Shown: positions 22,295-33,817 of the stretch, in pieces
How positions within the stretch are numbered: position 1 is the first letter of the stretch
How the letters are laid out: each line of letters starts with the position of its first letter
From: Cyanophyceae cyanobacterium
GTDB taxonomy: Bacteria > Cyanobacteriota > Cyanobacteriia > Cyanobacteriales > Laspinemataceae
DNA length: 64,000 bases
Assembly (NCBI GenBank): GCA_038321985.1
Contig: JBBQFN010000004.1
Coordinates: 32,001-96,000, forward strand
Direction: 5' to 3'
Notes under the pieces: model-generated
The model's input: only the letters and a program-made list of their open reading frames with translations
Database searches by the model: none
Told to the model about the DNA's origin: nothing
Position numbers and translations under genes: made by a program

Positions 22295-23305
22295 TTAGTC
22301 TTTGCTCTTTTTTTTGCGGGCTTTTTTGGACTGCTTGGTGGGGTTGGGATACAGCAGTTCTAATCGCAATTGATCCCGGGTTTTGGGTTTTAAAAATTTT
22401 TGATGCAGGGGTTGCCACTCTAGCCAAGACTGATAGCGGTTTTCTAGGAGTTTTTCGGCTACGGTCGGAAGGGTCTGCTCAATATTACAATCTAACACGC
22501 GGGAAAGAGTTTCCGCTAAGACCACACTATCTTGCAGTTCGCCGAGGACCTCTTGAACCGCTTTCAAATCCTCGACATATTCTACATAGGTGTCGCCATA
22601 AAAGTGGGTAAATAAGCTCATTTGATAGCGCACCCGCTTGACTTCTTTGCGCAGATCATGGAGGGTTTCTCCGCGTTTGGCGAATAATTCCTCTACGTCG
22701 GTTTCAGATAGGTTATCGATTTTGATTTTACTTTTTTTAGTTTTGATTCCCAGTAACCAACCCGGATGCAGAAACAGGTTACTGATTTCGGGTAACAATA
22801 AGTCAGGGAGAACTGATCGAATGGGCAGGAGTGCCATTTCGCCGTAACTGGGATTATTTAACCACTCGGCTAAACTGTTTTTAAAGGATAGATAGCGATC
22901 GCCTTTTAAAGTTTCATTGACCGCCGAGAAGGATTGGTGACGTTCAGCTTTTAAAAGGTTGAGGGCGCGTTTGAATGCCTCCTGTTCCGGGTCAGGCAAG
23001 GCATCTTTATAGTCGGTTTCCAGAGTTTCTAGGAGGACATCTAAATCCCTCAAGCTGCCGAGACTGCGGGAGATTTTGCCAATTTGCTTTTGGCTGGCGG
23101 CGTGGGGTAAATCTAAGGCGGGTGCAAACCCTTTAACTGCCGATCGCAGTCGTCGCATCCCCACTCGCATCTGATGCAGGGCTTCAGGATCGCGATCGCT
23201 TAAAACATCATCTTCATACTGAATGGCTTTTTGGAAATGTTTTTCCAGGGCGATTTTTGCCCAATCTCCTAAAGTATCGGCGGTTTGTTTATTGTCGGAT
23301 TTCAT
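22295..23305 (-). CDS. CHAD domain protein (polyphosphate-binding)
   Basis: EALHQMRVGMRRLRS, LG.LRDLDV, LHDLRKEVKRVRY, QEVLGELQD. Confidence 0.93.
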   Translation of the reverse strand: MKSDNKQTADTLGDWAKIALEKHFQKAIQYEDDVLSDRDPEALHQMRVGMRRLRSAVKGFAPALDLPHAASQKQIGKISRSLGSLRDLDVLLETLETDYKDALPDPEQEAFKRALNLLKAERHQSFSAVNETLKGDRYLSFKNSLAEWLNNPSYGEMALLPIRSVLPDLLLPEISNLFLHPGWLLGIKTKKSKIKIDNLSETDVEELFAKRGETLHDLRKEVKRVRYQMSLFTHFYGDTYVEYVEDLKAVQEVLGELQDSVVLAETLSRVLDCNIEQTLPTVAEKLLENRYQSWLEWQPLHQKFLKPKTRDQLRLELLYPNPTKQSKKARKKKSKD

Positions 23306-23412
23306 AATGGAATAGCACCCGGTTAAATAGAGTTAGATAGCAGAAAAATTCTGGAGATAATTAGAGGGAGAGGGAAGTAATATCCATTCTATCACGCTTC
23401 CCTCCTTAGCGG

Positions 23413-24198
23413 TTATTTAAAAATTTCAGGGGGGAGTGAGGTAGATTTATTAAGAACGGGTTCGGGATAATATCGCCAAGGCGGAATTGTGACATCCAGG
23501 GGTTTCCCGATCCACAAGTCATATCGGACGGCATAATCTTCGGTTTTACAGGACCGCAGGAACGGTTTTCCGGTCCAGATTTGACAACTACACAGGGGTT
23601 TGGGTTCCTCCAGGTCATATCCCCCGGAAATGGGTTGCAGTTGGAAAAATTCAATATGCCAGTGCGCGGGTTCGACGGCAACGCACTCCGAGGATAATTC
23701 CACTCCGGCTGTCTGAGCACTGTTATAAGGTTTGATGGCGATCGGTAGGTAATCAATATCTAGGAGATAGCTGTCAAAGCCGAGCTCCTTGGCTTGTTGG
23801 ACAACTTGCTGCCACTGATGGAGGGGGTGTAAGTCCCCTTGGCGAGGGCTGCTTTGTTCAAAGTAATATCCGCCAAATAGCCAGATTAGTTTAGAAAGGA
23901 TAGTTTCGACCCGATGGCGATCGCGAATTAATAACTCTACATCTTCGGGTAATAATAATCGTCCCGGTACGGCCCACCAATATTCCCAGGTCAACTCGCC
24001 ATCAAAGGGAATCAATCGTTTTACCAATCCCGGAATGCGATCGCGGACTTGAATTTCTCGAATTTCCTGAAGACTCGCTTGTTCCGGAGACGGCAGGGGT
24101 AAGTTTAAATGAGCTTGTAGGGGATGGTCAGGGGCGGTGGCTTCCTCTGGGGACATCACGGCTCGATTTTGGACAGTTTGAAGCTGACTGTATAACAT
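23413..24198 (-). CDS. Hypothetical protein
   Basis: 261-aa ORF fills the interval; Trp-rich globular composition; no family recognised. Confidence 0.7.
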   Translation of the reverse strand: MLYSQLQTVQNRAVMSPEEATAPDHPLQAHLNLPLPSPEQASLQEIREIQVRDRIPGLVKRLIPFDGELTWEYWWAVPGRLLLPEDVELLIRDRHRVETILSKLIWLFGGYYFEQSSPRQGDLHPLHQWQQVVQQAKELGFDSYLLDIDYLPIAIKPYNSAQTAGVELSSECVAVEPAHWHIEFFQLQPISGGYDLEEPKPLCSCQIWTGKPFLRSCKTEDYAVRYDLWIGKPLDVTIPPWRYYPEPVLNKSTSLPPEIFK

Positions 24199-24564
24199 AA
24201 TTCATTGGCCTCTTTTGTTTTGCCCTATCATTCCTATGTTTAATGATACTTCCTGTAGCTATCAATAGAGTTCCAGACTAGCCATGTCTTAATCTTTTCT
24301 TTAGGAATTTTCTTCCTATAATTATAAATTGTAAATATGCGACTTGGCGGACTGAGGTGCAACCCACTCGGTATCTAGAGGTTTACCCCAAAAAATTTTT
24401 CCCTGTAGAAATACTTAAACATCTCACCCCATAAACTGGGTAAATCAGAAGGATATCCTTCGGAAAAAACCCAAAAATTTTGGGTATAAATTCGGGTTTT
24501 TGGGGTCAGTCCCAGTGAGATCGGGCACGATTAAGCGGCCATATCCAGGATTGGGAATCAGGGC

Positions 24565-24594
24565 AGTCGCACTTGTACTAAAGTGCGACTACGG
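24565..24594. repeat. GTAG-type REP-like palindrome
   Basis: Minus strand gtagtcgcactttagtacaagtgcgact; lies just past the stop of the GGDEF-EAL gene. Confidence 0.6.
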
Positions 24595-24596
24595 AA

Positions 24597-26801
24597 TCAC
24601 CACTGGGGCATCGACAGCAATAAAGCCGTTGCCGCATCCGCATCCACGGGCCTAGAAAACAAATAGCCCTGGCCGGATTCACATTGCAGCGCTCGCAATT
24701 GAGCTAACTGTTCCAGGGTTTCCACCCCTTCAGCCACTACATCCATATTTAGATTATGAGCCAAATCGATACAAGTGCGGACAATTTCCAAACTTTCTGC
24801 CTCACTACTCATGCGACTCACAAAAGAGCGATCAATTTTTAAGGTATCGATCGGCAACCGTTGCAACCGACTCAGGGAAGAATACCCAGTCCCAAAATCA
24901 TCGATAGACAGTTGAATTTGCCGTTGTTTAAGCTGAGTAAGCAAACTGGCCGCCGACTCTGCCGCCGCCATAATAGCAGTTTCAGTAATTTCTAGCTTCA
25001 AACAATGACCGCTTAGACCCGTCTGCTGGAGGATTTGGTCAATATAATCCACCAGTCCCGGATTGCCAAACTGAACTCCGGCAACATTGACGCTCATCGT
25101 CAAAAATGGGATGGACCCACTGACTCCATCCCCTCGTTCGCGGTTCGGGAGGACTAACCCTAGGGATTGCCATCGTTCCTGCCACTTTTGCAATTGAGAA
25201 CAGGCTTCCTGTAGGACCCATGCCCCCATGGGCACAATCGATCCGGTACCTTCAGCGACGGGGATAAACTCCCCCGGTAGCACAAAGCCGCGCCGGGGAT
25301 GTTGCCAGCGCACCAGGGCTTCAAATCCGGCAATATGACCCGTTTTTAAGTCGATAATCGGCTGGTAATACAGGAGCAATTCCTGACGTTTGAGGGCGAG
25401 TCGCAGGTCCGTTTCTAGCTGTAACATGGCTAATGCACCGGAGTGCATTTGGCGTTCAAAGACGGCGGTGCGTCCTCCCCCCATGGTTTTAGCATGATAC
25501 ATCGCTGTATCTGCCGCGCGTAAAAAGTCTTCGGGCCGTTCTAAGGTCTTGCCAGAGGGGGGTTCCGTCCCTTGGCCGTTGGTTGGGGTCGGCTGCGCCT
25601 GCATATACTGCGGAGTCTGGGGGAAGCTGATCGCAATACCAATACTGGCTGTGCTGAACATATCATGACCGTTGATTTGAAAGGGGAGAGTGAGTTCTTT
25701 ATGAATGCGATCGGCAATGGTGAGGGAGGTAGCCGGATCGTCAATTTCATTAACTAAAATCGCAAACTCATCGGTCCCCACCCGTGCTAGGGTATCTTTA
25801 GGGCGAATACAAGTTCCCAAGCGACGAGCGGTGGCATTGAGCAAGAGGTCTCCGACTAAGTGTCCGAAACTATATTTAATGATGCTAAACCGATCGAGAT
25901 CGATAAATAGGACGGCAAAGCCATAATGGGGACGCCTTTTCGCCTGCCTGAGCGATCGCCCTAATCCGTTGAGGAACCATGCTTCATTCGGCAATCCGGT
26001 CAGGGGGTCGTAAAAGGCATTATACAAGAGTTGTTCCCGGTCTTTATTGCGATCGGTGATATCATGGACTACCGCTAAATGCAAGCCGGAAATAAAATTA
26101 GCGCTGGCCGAATATTCGACATCTCGAATGGTCCCATCAGACCTGAAAACTTTGAGTTCTCCCGTGTCTCGACCCAGGCATCGAAATTTGGTGAATCCGG
26201 TTTTAAAATCACAGGTGGATTCGATATAGCTATGAAGCGGCTGTCCGATCAATTCTTCTTTGGAGAGTCCTAAAAGGCTACAAGCGGCAGGATTGAGGTT
26301 GGTAAATTGACCGAGGTCGTTGAAGATTACCATGGCGTCAAGGGCGCACTCAAATACTGCCCGCAGTTGTCGTTCATTCGCTTGCATGGCTTTCTCCGCA
26401 AGCAAGCGCGATCGCCGGCCAGCGGATTCCCGCAATTCCCGATCAATCGCCGGAATTAATCGGGCGAGATGATCTTTCATCACATAATCATGGACACCGG
26501 CTTTCATGGCGGCGATCGCCGCTTCTTCGCCGATTTGCCCAGAGACAATAATAAAGGGTAAATCTAGTTCCAACTTCTGCATCACTTCTAATGCCTCGGG
26601 TGCGCTAAATTGGGGCAGGGCATAATCTGCCAAAATTAGCTCCCAATTTTCCCGCAGGAGGGCATTTTTCATAGCCTCAGAATTGTCTACTCTTTCCACG
26701 GTCAAATCATAGCCGCCGCGTTTGAGTTCGCGCAGTAGCAATAAGGCATCATCCTCTGAATCTTCGACCATCAAAACCCGCAGCGATCGCCCCATTGTCA
26801 T
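24597..26801 (-). CDS. REC-PAS-GGDEF-EAL protein (probable c-di-GMP phosphodiesterase)
   Basis: REC (VEDSEDD, ILADY), PAS, DPLTGLPN, degenerate GTDEF, intact FEAL and DDFGTGYSSL. AGGAGG precedes the start. Confidence 0.93.
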   Translation of the reverse strand: MTMGRSLRVLMVEDSEDDALLLLRELKRGGYDLTVERVDNSEAMKNALLRENWELILADYALPQFSAPEALEVMQKLELDLPFIIVSGQIGEEAAIAAMKAGVHDYVMKDHLARLIPAIDRELRESAGRRSRLLAEKAMQANERQLRAVFECALDAMVIFNDLGQFTNLNPAACSLLGLSKEELIGQPLHSYIESTCDFKTGFTKFRCLGRDTGELKVFRSDGTIRDVEYSASANFISGLHLAVVHDITDRNKDREQLLYNAFYDPLTGLPNEAWFLNGLGRSLRQAKRRPHYGFAVLFIDLDRFSIIKYSFGHLVGDLLLNATARRLGTCIRPKDTLARVGTDEFAILVNEIDDPATSLTIADRIHKELTLPFQINGHDMFSTASIGIAISFPQTPQYMQAQPTPTNGQGTEPPSGKTLERPEDFLRAADTAMYHAKTMGGGRTAVFERQMHSGALAMLQLETDLRLALKRQELLLYYQPIIDLKTGHIAGFEALVRWQHPRRGFVLPGEFIPVAEGTGSIVPMGAWVLQEACSQLQKWQERWQSLGLVLPNRERGDGVSGSIPFLTMSVNVAGVQFGNPGLVDYIDQILQQTGLSGHCLKLEITETAIMAAAESAASLLTQLKQRQIQLSIDDFGTGYSSLSRLQRLPIDTLKIDRSFVSRMSSEAESLEIVRTCIDLAHNLNMDVVAEGVETLEQLAQLRALQCESGQGYLFSRPVDADAATALLLSMPQW

Positions 26802-27285
26802 CCTCCTTAATGGTTTTTGCCCTTAGGCAAAATATTTTATAATTTCCGGACTATATCGCCCTTGGAGGCTAGCCACTCTCTACTTTTTTTTAACCTAATT
26901 TTTACAGTATTTGATTTGTGGACTCATTAAACTGAAACTTGCATAGATTCTTTAAGAAGTTGTAAGGTTTGAAAATAAAGTTTAGTAGGGTAATTTCTTA
27001 CTTGTATTTTATAGTAATAATTAAGAAGATAGTTCGGATTTTTTGTCTGTTACCCCAGATACACTTGGTTACAAAATGCAACCATTGACCCGCCCTGAAG
27101 ACGGTAGCGGTTGTGCAATAGAGTGTTTCTCCGGGTTATGAGCTACATGAATACCCCACTCTGGGTCACGGGGGAAAAAGCAGAGATCAAGATGCTAAAC
27201 CTGCGGCAGTGGTGGGGTACAACCACTCCTTCAGAGTCACAGTCCTATCTGTACCTCACCCGACTCAGGAACGCTTACAGCGGTA

Positions 27286-29133
27286 TTACAGGGTAAAATA
27301 GAACGCGGCACCGTGATCCACCTCAGCGATCGCCCAAACTTGGCCGCCATGACGCTGAACAATGCGTGAGACGGTGGCTAAACCAATTCCTGTACCTTCA
27401 AAGTCGGTGGTGTTATGCAGGCGTTGAAAGGGTGCGAAGAGTTTATCCGCGTATGTCATATTAAAACCCGCCCCATTATCTCGCACAAAATACACCGTTT
27501 TATGGGAAGTGGCCGGGTATTGCTTACCTTCAGAAAGGAGGGGGCGATCGCTTACCCCAAATTCAATGCAGGCATCAGCAGTTTTACTGGTAAATTTCCA
27601 TGCATTATTCAGCAAATTATCTAACATGACTTGCAACAGGTGCGGATCTCCATCAGCCATCAGGGAGTCAGCAATTTTAAACCGGACCTGGCGATCGCGT
27701 TGAGTTGCGTGCAGTTCCGTGGCGACTGTCCGTGCCATCTCACTCAGATTGACCGGCTTTCGTTGCATTGGAGTGCGTGTAACTCGGGAAAGACTCATCA
27801 GGTCATCGATCAGTTGATTCATGCGTTGAGTGGCGCTATAGACTCGGTGCAGATAATCTTTTCCCGTCTCGTCTAGAACGTGGTGATAGTCTTCTATGAC
27901 AGCTTTGGCAAACCCCCGGATCGCCCGGAGTGGGGAGCGCAAATCGTGAGATACAGAGTAGCAAAACGCTTCGAGTTCTTGGTTCGCGGCTTGTAGTTCA
28001 GCGGTGCGTTCCCTGACTCGTTGTTCGAGTTTGGCATTGATTTGGCCCGGGGCATCTTCCCGTTGAGGGCGATCGCTAGTAGTGCGGTCCCAAACCTCTG
28101 GTTCACGGGAGAGTAAGGGTTTCTGAACCGCTGCCGGGGGTGCGACTGCACAAGAGCTTTGTCCCCTGTGCAGGGGTTCTATTTTTTGGCTTCTATCGCC
28201 TTTTTTCGGGTCACTTTCGAGCAAAGTTGCCCCACAAATCTTTTGTAGCTTGTGCCAATAGGTATCGAGGGCTTCACCGGGAGAAAGCTCAGACGAACTG
28301 GCTCTGGCTGAGGGCGAATCGGTATCTCCTAGCATTTCACACAAAGTAACATTTACTTTGAGTAATCGTTCCTCTAACTGGGCGATCGCCAGGGGAGAGG
28401 GGGATTGCTCATCGAGACTTGAAAACCCTTCTCCCCCCTCAAATCTAGATAATAATTCCGAGGGGGAGTGGAGGGTATCCAATCCTTGATCAGGGTCTTC
28501 AAGGAGTTCGCCGCGAAAGAAAAGCAGGGGATTTTTAGCAGTTTTCAGGGAAGCCGATTTAACTCCAAATGCCTGTCGGGTTTGGTTTAAGGGTTCTTTG
28601 AAACGGTTGGTTTCCCCGATTGCTCCCGTTTCTGAACCCCCGTTTAAGTTGGCTAAATTTTGAGAAAAAACTCCCGAGACTGGGTTAGAAAAATTGCCCA
28701 TGATCGCTCTACCGTTTTCGTTTTTTCCCGGCTTGTGAATCTCTTGAGCAGCGGCGTAGGTTAAGCCTTTTCCCCGGTGCAGAATCCGCCAAGAAAGCCA
28801 ACAGTATTTCCCTGTTTTGTGACGATATCGGTTTTCTATGTAACAAACTTGGCCGATGTCGCCGGCGCGTCCGGTGATTAAACTGCGGTGAAGATCATCA
28901 GGATGGATTAAATCCTGCCAGGAGTGCGATCGTAATTCTTCTAAGTTCCATCCGAGAACGCTTTGCCAACTCGGGTTGAGCTTCAGAAAATTCCCTTCAA
29001 TATCTGTAATGCACAACAGTTCCCTAGACAGGTTTAAAAAAACCTGCATTTCTTCTGGCATAAATTCTGCTGTTGGCGTCATGGCGTTGACCTGTTCAAT
29101 CATTGTTTCTGCCTGTAGATTGCCCCTTTTCAT
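27286..29133 (-). CDS. PAS-domain sensor histidine kinase
   Basis: N-terminal PAS (LIHPDD), H-box SVSHDLRSPL, NAWKFT, DNGAGF, GTGIGL. Confidence 0.92.
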   Translation of the reverse strand: MKRGNLQAETMIEQVNAMTPTAEFMPEEMQVFLNLSRELLCITDIEGNFLKLNPSWQSVLGWNLEELRSHSWQDLIHPDDLHRSLITGRAGDIGQVCYIENRYRHKTGKYCWLSWRILHRGKGLTYAAAQEIHKPGKNENGRAIMGNFSNPVSGVFSQNLANLNGGSETGAIGETNRFKEPLNQTRQAFGVKSASLKTAKNPLLFFRGELLEDPDQGLDTLHSPSELLSRFEGGEGFSSLDEQSPSPLAIAQLEERLLKVNVTLCEMLGDTDSPSARASSSELSPGEALDTYWHKLQKICGATLLESDPKKGDRSQKIEPLHRGQSSCAVAPPAAVQKPLLSREPEVWDRTTSDRPQREDAPGQINAKLEQRVRERTAELQAANQELEAFCYSVSHDLRSPLRAIRGFAKAVIEDYHHVLDETGKDYLHRVYSATQRMNQLIDDLMSLSRVTRTPMQRKPVNLSEMARTVATELHATQRDRQVRFKIADSLMADGDPHLLQVMLDNLLNNAWKFTSKTADACIEFGVSDRPLLSEGKQYPATSHKTVYFVRDNGAGFNMTYADKLFAPFQRLHNTTDFEGTGIGLATVSRIVQRHGGQVWAIAEVDHGAAFYFTL

Positions 29134-30068
29134 CGATGATCTCCCTGACAGCGTGATTGATGCCCTCTTTGCCCGTTCTTCTTAGATTTATCCCCCTTAG
29201 TTTTCTCAAATGTAAAGCCGGATTACGGGCGAGTAAAATAATTTTTATTTTAACCCATTTAACCCATTTTTTATTTATTTTTATCCGGTTTTAGTTTCTT
29301 AAATTATAAATGAAATTTAGAAACGGGGGAGATTTTGTTATCAAAATTTGACTTGATGCGCGGACTGTCGGGTTCCCTTCCCAGTTAGTTGAAGTTTTAT
29401 CCCCTGAATTTTATTTAGAATCGATAGTGGCGATCGTGACTCTGTTTTATACCCCGTTACTCCTCATTCTTATCCTTAAAATTGTTTCAACCCACTCCCC
29501 CTTATTTAGCTTATCGGAATTATTTTTAACCTAGAAAATACTTTACATTTTTTAACTTCCCGAATTTTATCTAGGGTAATTTGAGCTGAAATTCCCGGTC
29601 ACCGTGGTATAAAGATAATAATTAGATGTGGATTTGGAGCCTCGCCGTTTTGGTAGCCCAATCTATGAACAGCAGGTTTAATTTCTGTTATCTACGTTAC
29701 TAAATTCAGATTAATTTGTCAATGGGTGGGGAAAAGATTAAGAATACTTTAAAACCCCAGAAAGATTAAGTCAAGGAATAATAACCAATAGATTGAAATC
29801 TGCTGAGAGTGCGGTTCAATTGACTCAAATAGGGGGGATTACCCCTACCCCTGAAAAAAATTACCACTGCTATAATAAAAGGCTTATTTTTATGGATGGG
29901 TTGAATCAGGTTCATGGAGAATGATGACCTCTGGGGAGTGGGTTTTCACGACGGCACAAACCCCAAATTGGAAGTAAAAATAAAAAAATTCTGAGTCAGG
30001 AAAATAAGGAGCCCCTGACTCAGCTAGAGAGATTCACGTTAGACGAACAAAATAACGGACAACTGCCT

Positions 30069-30671
30069 TTAACGCTTCATCAACAAGGGACGCACAATCC
30101 AATAACCCGCCCCAAACGCGCTAACCACAATCAGGATGATCATCACAATCAACCCCAACCCCCCGAGATCCGAGCGTTTTGCCGGACGGGTGCTGCGACG
30201 AGGGCGAGTTTCCGGCTGTTCAGTAAATAAAGGTTCTGGAATACCTTGGGTTGCACCGAGTTCAGTCATCGAGAAGGGAGAACCCACCCCCTGTTCCGAA
30301 GCGGGAATCCCACCCAAACGCCCCTGAACATCAGGATGGGGTGCAGAGGAATATCCCGATTCCCCGCGCATCTGGGTGCGATCGCCGGAAACATTGCGGC
30401 CCACTGAGGGACTCTGAGGTTCCCAGGCATCCACCACCTGCTGTAAATGCACTGCAGACTGAACCACCGTTTCAATTTCCTGGCGTAGTTGTCGATTTTG
30501 TTGAACTAACTGATGATTTTGAGTGGTTAGGGAATCCAACCGTTCCTGTGCTGTTTGTAACTCCGCGACAACTTCTCGATACACAGAGATGGGAACCGAA
30601 GGAGAATAAGGTTGATTAGAAGGAGTTGGCGGGGTTATCGGCAGATTGCCGGAGGCAGTAGCATTTCGCAT
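30069..30671 (-). CDS. Hypothetical coiled-coil protein with C-terminal membrane anchor
   Basis: PSVPISVYRE + coiled coil, low-complexity linker, C-terminal TM ending GAGYWIVRPLL. Confidence 0.8.
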   Translation of the reverse strand: MRNATASGNLPITPPTPSNQPYSPSVPISVYREVVAELQTAQERLDSLTTQNHQLVQQNRQLRQEIETVVQSAVHLQQVVDAWEPQSPSVGRNVSGDRTQMRGESGYSSAPHPDVQGRLGGIPASEQGVGSPFSMTELGATQGIPEPLFTEQPETRPRRSTRPAKRSDLGGLGLIVMIILIVVSAFGAGYWIVRPLLMKR

Positions 30672-30970
30672 AAGGGCTTACTCGGGTAGTAGGAGGACGG
30701 GAGGCGATCGCAACCGTTCGGAGTATTTTGATGATAGAACTCTGCCTCAGATTACAACAACGATTACCTTGGTTCGTCAAGGATTTGCTACAAATCCCTA
30801 AGATTTAGGGAGTTGGCAATCGAGGCATGATGGCATTGACTCCGGGTTAGAAGGCGATCGCCTAGACCCTGAACAAATCTTTACTCTCCATCTTAAATCC
30901 TGGAGTCCCTTGATTCAAGGTTTAGGACCTCAAGACTATCCCAATAGGAGCATATTTCTGTCACCATAGA

Positions 30971-31447
30971 ATGAATCACGAGACATTCAGTCCCTATTCC
31001 GTCAAAATGAGCAATTCTTCCATGCAGTCCGATGTATCGCCAACCGCCACCTCTGCCGATGACACCCCGCAGATCAAGTATGGGGAACGGCAAATCGAGG
31101 AGGGACAGTTAATTACCTTTCCCAATCCCCGAGTCGGTAGACGCTATGACATTCACATCACCTTACCGGAATTTACCTGTAAATGTCCGTTTTCCGGCTA
31201 TCCCGATTTTGCCACTATTTACATCACCTACGTTCCTAATGAACGGGTGGTGGAGCTTAAAGCGATCAAATTGTATATCAACAGTTACCGCGATCGCTAC
31301 ATTTCCCACGAAGAATCCATCAATCAAATTCTTGATGACTTCGTAGCCGCTTGCGACCCCCTAGAAGCCACCATCAAAGGAGACTTCCAGCCCCGAGGTA
31401 ACGTCCACACCGTTATCGAAGTTCAACATAGTCAACCCCAGTCTTAA
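30971..31447 (+). CDS. queF: NADPH-dependent 7-cyano-7-deazaguanine (preQ0) reductase
   Basis: PEFTCKCPFSGYPDFA, ELKAIKLY, SHEE, PRGN; the true start may be 31007 or 31022. Confidence 0.95.
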   Translation: MNHETFSPYSVKMSNSSMQSDVSPTATSADDTPQIKYGERQIEEGQLITFPNPRVGRRYDIHITLPEFTCKCPFSGYPDFATIYITYVPNERVVELKAIKLYINSYRDRYISHEESINQILDDFVAACDPLEATIKGDFQPRGNVHTVIEVQHSQPQS

Positions 31448-31454
31448 ACCTAAA

Positions 31455-31486
31455 AAGCCCCCCTTTTTAAGGGGGGTTGGGGGGAG
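31455..31486. repeat. Palindromic intergenic repeat / bidirectional terminator
   Basis: cccccc-tttttaa-gggggg-ttggggg between convergent queF and ccsB. Confidence 0.65.
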
Positions 31487-31513
31487 CAATCTTTTTGTTG
31501 GCAACAAAGTCTA

Positions 31514-32914
31514 TTAATTTTGACCCGCCAAAGAACCCGAGGCGATCGTCACTCCCTCCGTACTGGGTTTTTCTTCTAAACTATCTAAAATTTCAATCAG
31601 TTCTCGCTCAAAAGTCACTTGTGCGCGATTCGTTTTTCCGCCTACATACAATTCTCCATTCTCTTCTAATGCCCAAACCTGGGAATGAGAAACATAACTC
31701 ATCATCACCCCTAACATTAAAAATCCAAAACCTAAATAAACCAGGGGAATACTCGGATCTGCTTTAATTTGTAACCCCGTACTTCCAATTAATTTTTTAA
31801 TTTTCAGAGTCACACCATTGACGGGAGTCTCCATCCCAGGACGCAGACTGGTCATCAGTTTTCCCTCCATATCATAGAGTAAGAGCGTTCCCTGTAAATC
31901 CTTCGCTAACAGAGAAATTCCCTCACTCAAATCTGGCTTAGTCGGAATCCAAGTACCCCATAAACGAGCACCGTTACCCGTATTTAAAAGCGCCATAGGC
32001 AGTTGAAAAATCGGGCTATTATTCAACTGAACTTGAACCGCCGCCACACCCCAATCCGTTTGATACATCGTCACCCCGCGATAGCGCAAAGGCTTATTAA
32101 CATGAATCGTCTGGCGATCGCGTTCTTGACCTTCGCTATCAATCACCGACAAATCCGAATAAAACTGGTCAATCGTTCCATCAGGTTTGTAATCAATCCA
32201 GAAGCGATTCACATGAACCGCCCAATCTTTAGGAACTTGACCCGCAGAAAACGGCCCGGCATCAATAATATTTTGAACCCGAAACGTTTCCCCACTCGTA
32301 ATCAGTTCCTGCGCCATAAAACCAGTCATCGCACCCAAAATCGAACCCGCTAGAATAATCAACATACTGGCATGAACCAGAATTGGGCCAATTTTACCGA
32401 TTAATCCTTTCCGGGCATATAGAGTATTTGCTTCCCGAAACACTAAATAACGCCGTTTTTGTAACAGTTCTTCTAACTGATTAAGATTAGCTGCATCCAC
32501 TTGAGCGCTGAGTGCCAGCTTTTCAAATTGCCGAGGAGTCTTATAAAATTTCCAACGCCGCGCCGCCGTTAAAGCCGGGAATTGATGCGTAAACGTGCAA
32601 GCAGTTAGACTAGAACCAAACAAGACTAATAAGGCTAGAAACCACCAGGTGCGATAAACATGATCCAGTCCAACAACCTGAATTACCTTCCAAGTTAAAA
32701 AGCCAAAAAGAGCCGGAGATTCAGGATAATTAGATTGGTAAAACGCCGGAGATTGACCCTGTTCGATAACCGTACCGGAGATACTAAAAAATGCGATCGC
32801 GAGGAGGAGGGCGATCGCCAATCGTAAATCTCCTAAAAACGGCAACACTTCCCGCCGAAAAAACCGCTTTGGTATCGATAACCAACTGCCTAAATTCTGT
32901 GTATCATTTGTCAT
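31514..32914 (-). CDS. ccsB: Cytochrome c biogenesis protein CcsB/Ccs1
   Basis: [47 protein letters not shown]. Confidence 0.95.
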   Translation of the reverse strand: MTNDTQNLGSWLSIPKRFFRREVLPFLGDLRLAIALLLAIAFFSISGTVIEQGQSPAFYQSNYPESPALFGFLTWKVIQVVGLDHVYRTWWFLALLVLFGSSLTACTFTHQFPALTAARRWKFYKTPRQFEKLALSAQVDAANLNQLEELLQKRRYLVFREANTLYARKGLIGKIGPILVHASMLIILAGSILGAMTGFMAQELITSGETFRVQNIIDAGPFSAGQVPKDWAVHVNRFWIDYKPDGTIDQFYSDLSVIDSEGQERDRQTIHVNKPLRYRGVTMYQTDWGVAAVQVQLNNSPIFQLPMALLNTGNGARLWGTWIPTKPDLSEGISLLAKDLQGTLLLYDMEGKLMTSLRPGMETPVNGVTLKIKKLIGSTGLQIKADPSIPLVYLGFGFLMLGVMMSYVSHSQVWALEENGELYVGGKTNRAQVTFERELIEILDSLEEKPSTEGVTIASGSLAGQN

Positions 32915-32978
32915 TACTAATTTACCCTGTTAGCTTTGTTATCCAATACAGTAAAAATCTCCCCAATCTCCCCAGTTC

Positions 32979-33716
32979 CTAAACCACTGGAAGCAGTCGA
33001 AATAACAGAGAAAACACCCCAAACCCCACCAAAAGCGCCCCACTAACCGGCGTAATCCAACCAGACCAGCGACGCACTTCCAACAGCTTTTTAATCGTAG
33101 CCGTAAACGTACCCGCCAAAATCAAAGGAGCCACATAACCTGCCGTATAAGCCAGCAATAAAGCCCCTCCTAACATGACATCTTGGGTACTAGCAATCCA
33201 AGCCAATAACGTGGCTAAAACCGGGGTACTACAAGGAGAAGCTACCAACCCAAACGTCAATCCCAATAAGTAGGAACGCACCCCATCCGGCACATCCTTG
33301 GGAATAAACTCCATCCCATCTAAAGAAGGCAAACGCAACGGTAACGCCTCCAGCAGATTGAGACCCATCAGAATCGCAATCACACTTACCAGAATCGGCA
33401 AACCAATCCCAACCTGACCATAAACCTGACCTACATAGGCCGCTACAATACCCAATGCAGCGAGGGTAGTAGCCAATCCCAGCGCAAACCAAGTAGACTG
33501 TGCCGCCGCTTTAATTCGACTTGGGGCCTCATAGCCGCCAATATAGCCAATTGTAATCGGCAGCATTGACAACATACAAGGGGTCAAGCTAGTCAGCAAC
33601 CCCGCGAAAAAAATAATCAATACACTCACCCCGGAGAGGTGACTCAATTGGTTAGAAACGAGACTATCAGAGAGTTGTTGGAGGTGATAGAGTTCAGTTT
33701 GCAGGGAATCAATCAT
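32979..33716 (-). CDS. ccdA: Cytochrome c biogenesis protein CcdA
   Basis: TSLTPC.LSMLP and ASPCSTPVL redox cysteines, six TM segments. Confidence 0.95.
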   Translation of the reverse strand: MIDSLQTELYHLQQLSDSLVSNQLSHLSGVSVLIIFFAGLLTSLTPCMLSMLPITIGYIGGYEAPSRIKAAAQSTWFALGLATTLAALGIVAAYVGQVYGQVGIGLPILVSVIAILMGLNLLEALPLRLPSLDGMEFIPKDVPDGVRSYLLGLTFGLVASPCSTPVLATLLAWIASTQDVMLGGALLLAYTAGYVAPLILAGTFTATIKKLLEVRRWSGWITPVSGALLVGFGVFSLLFRLLPVV

Positions 33717-33817
33717 GCTTTAACCGGGGAAAACGCCCAATATGAACAATTGTAACGTAGAGGACACCCCGGCGATCGCACTCATCCAACTCAACCCGCT
33801 AAACTTGCGATCGGCCC

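Noticed and set aside
29134..30068. ~930-nt AT-rich intergenic region as possible ncRNA or array
   Set aside because: No repeats or recognisable RNA structure beyond a hairpin at ~29991-30023; likely promoter region of the kinase.
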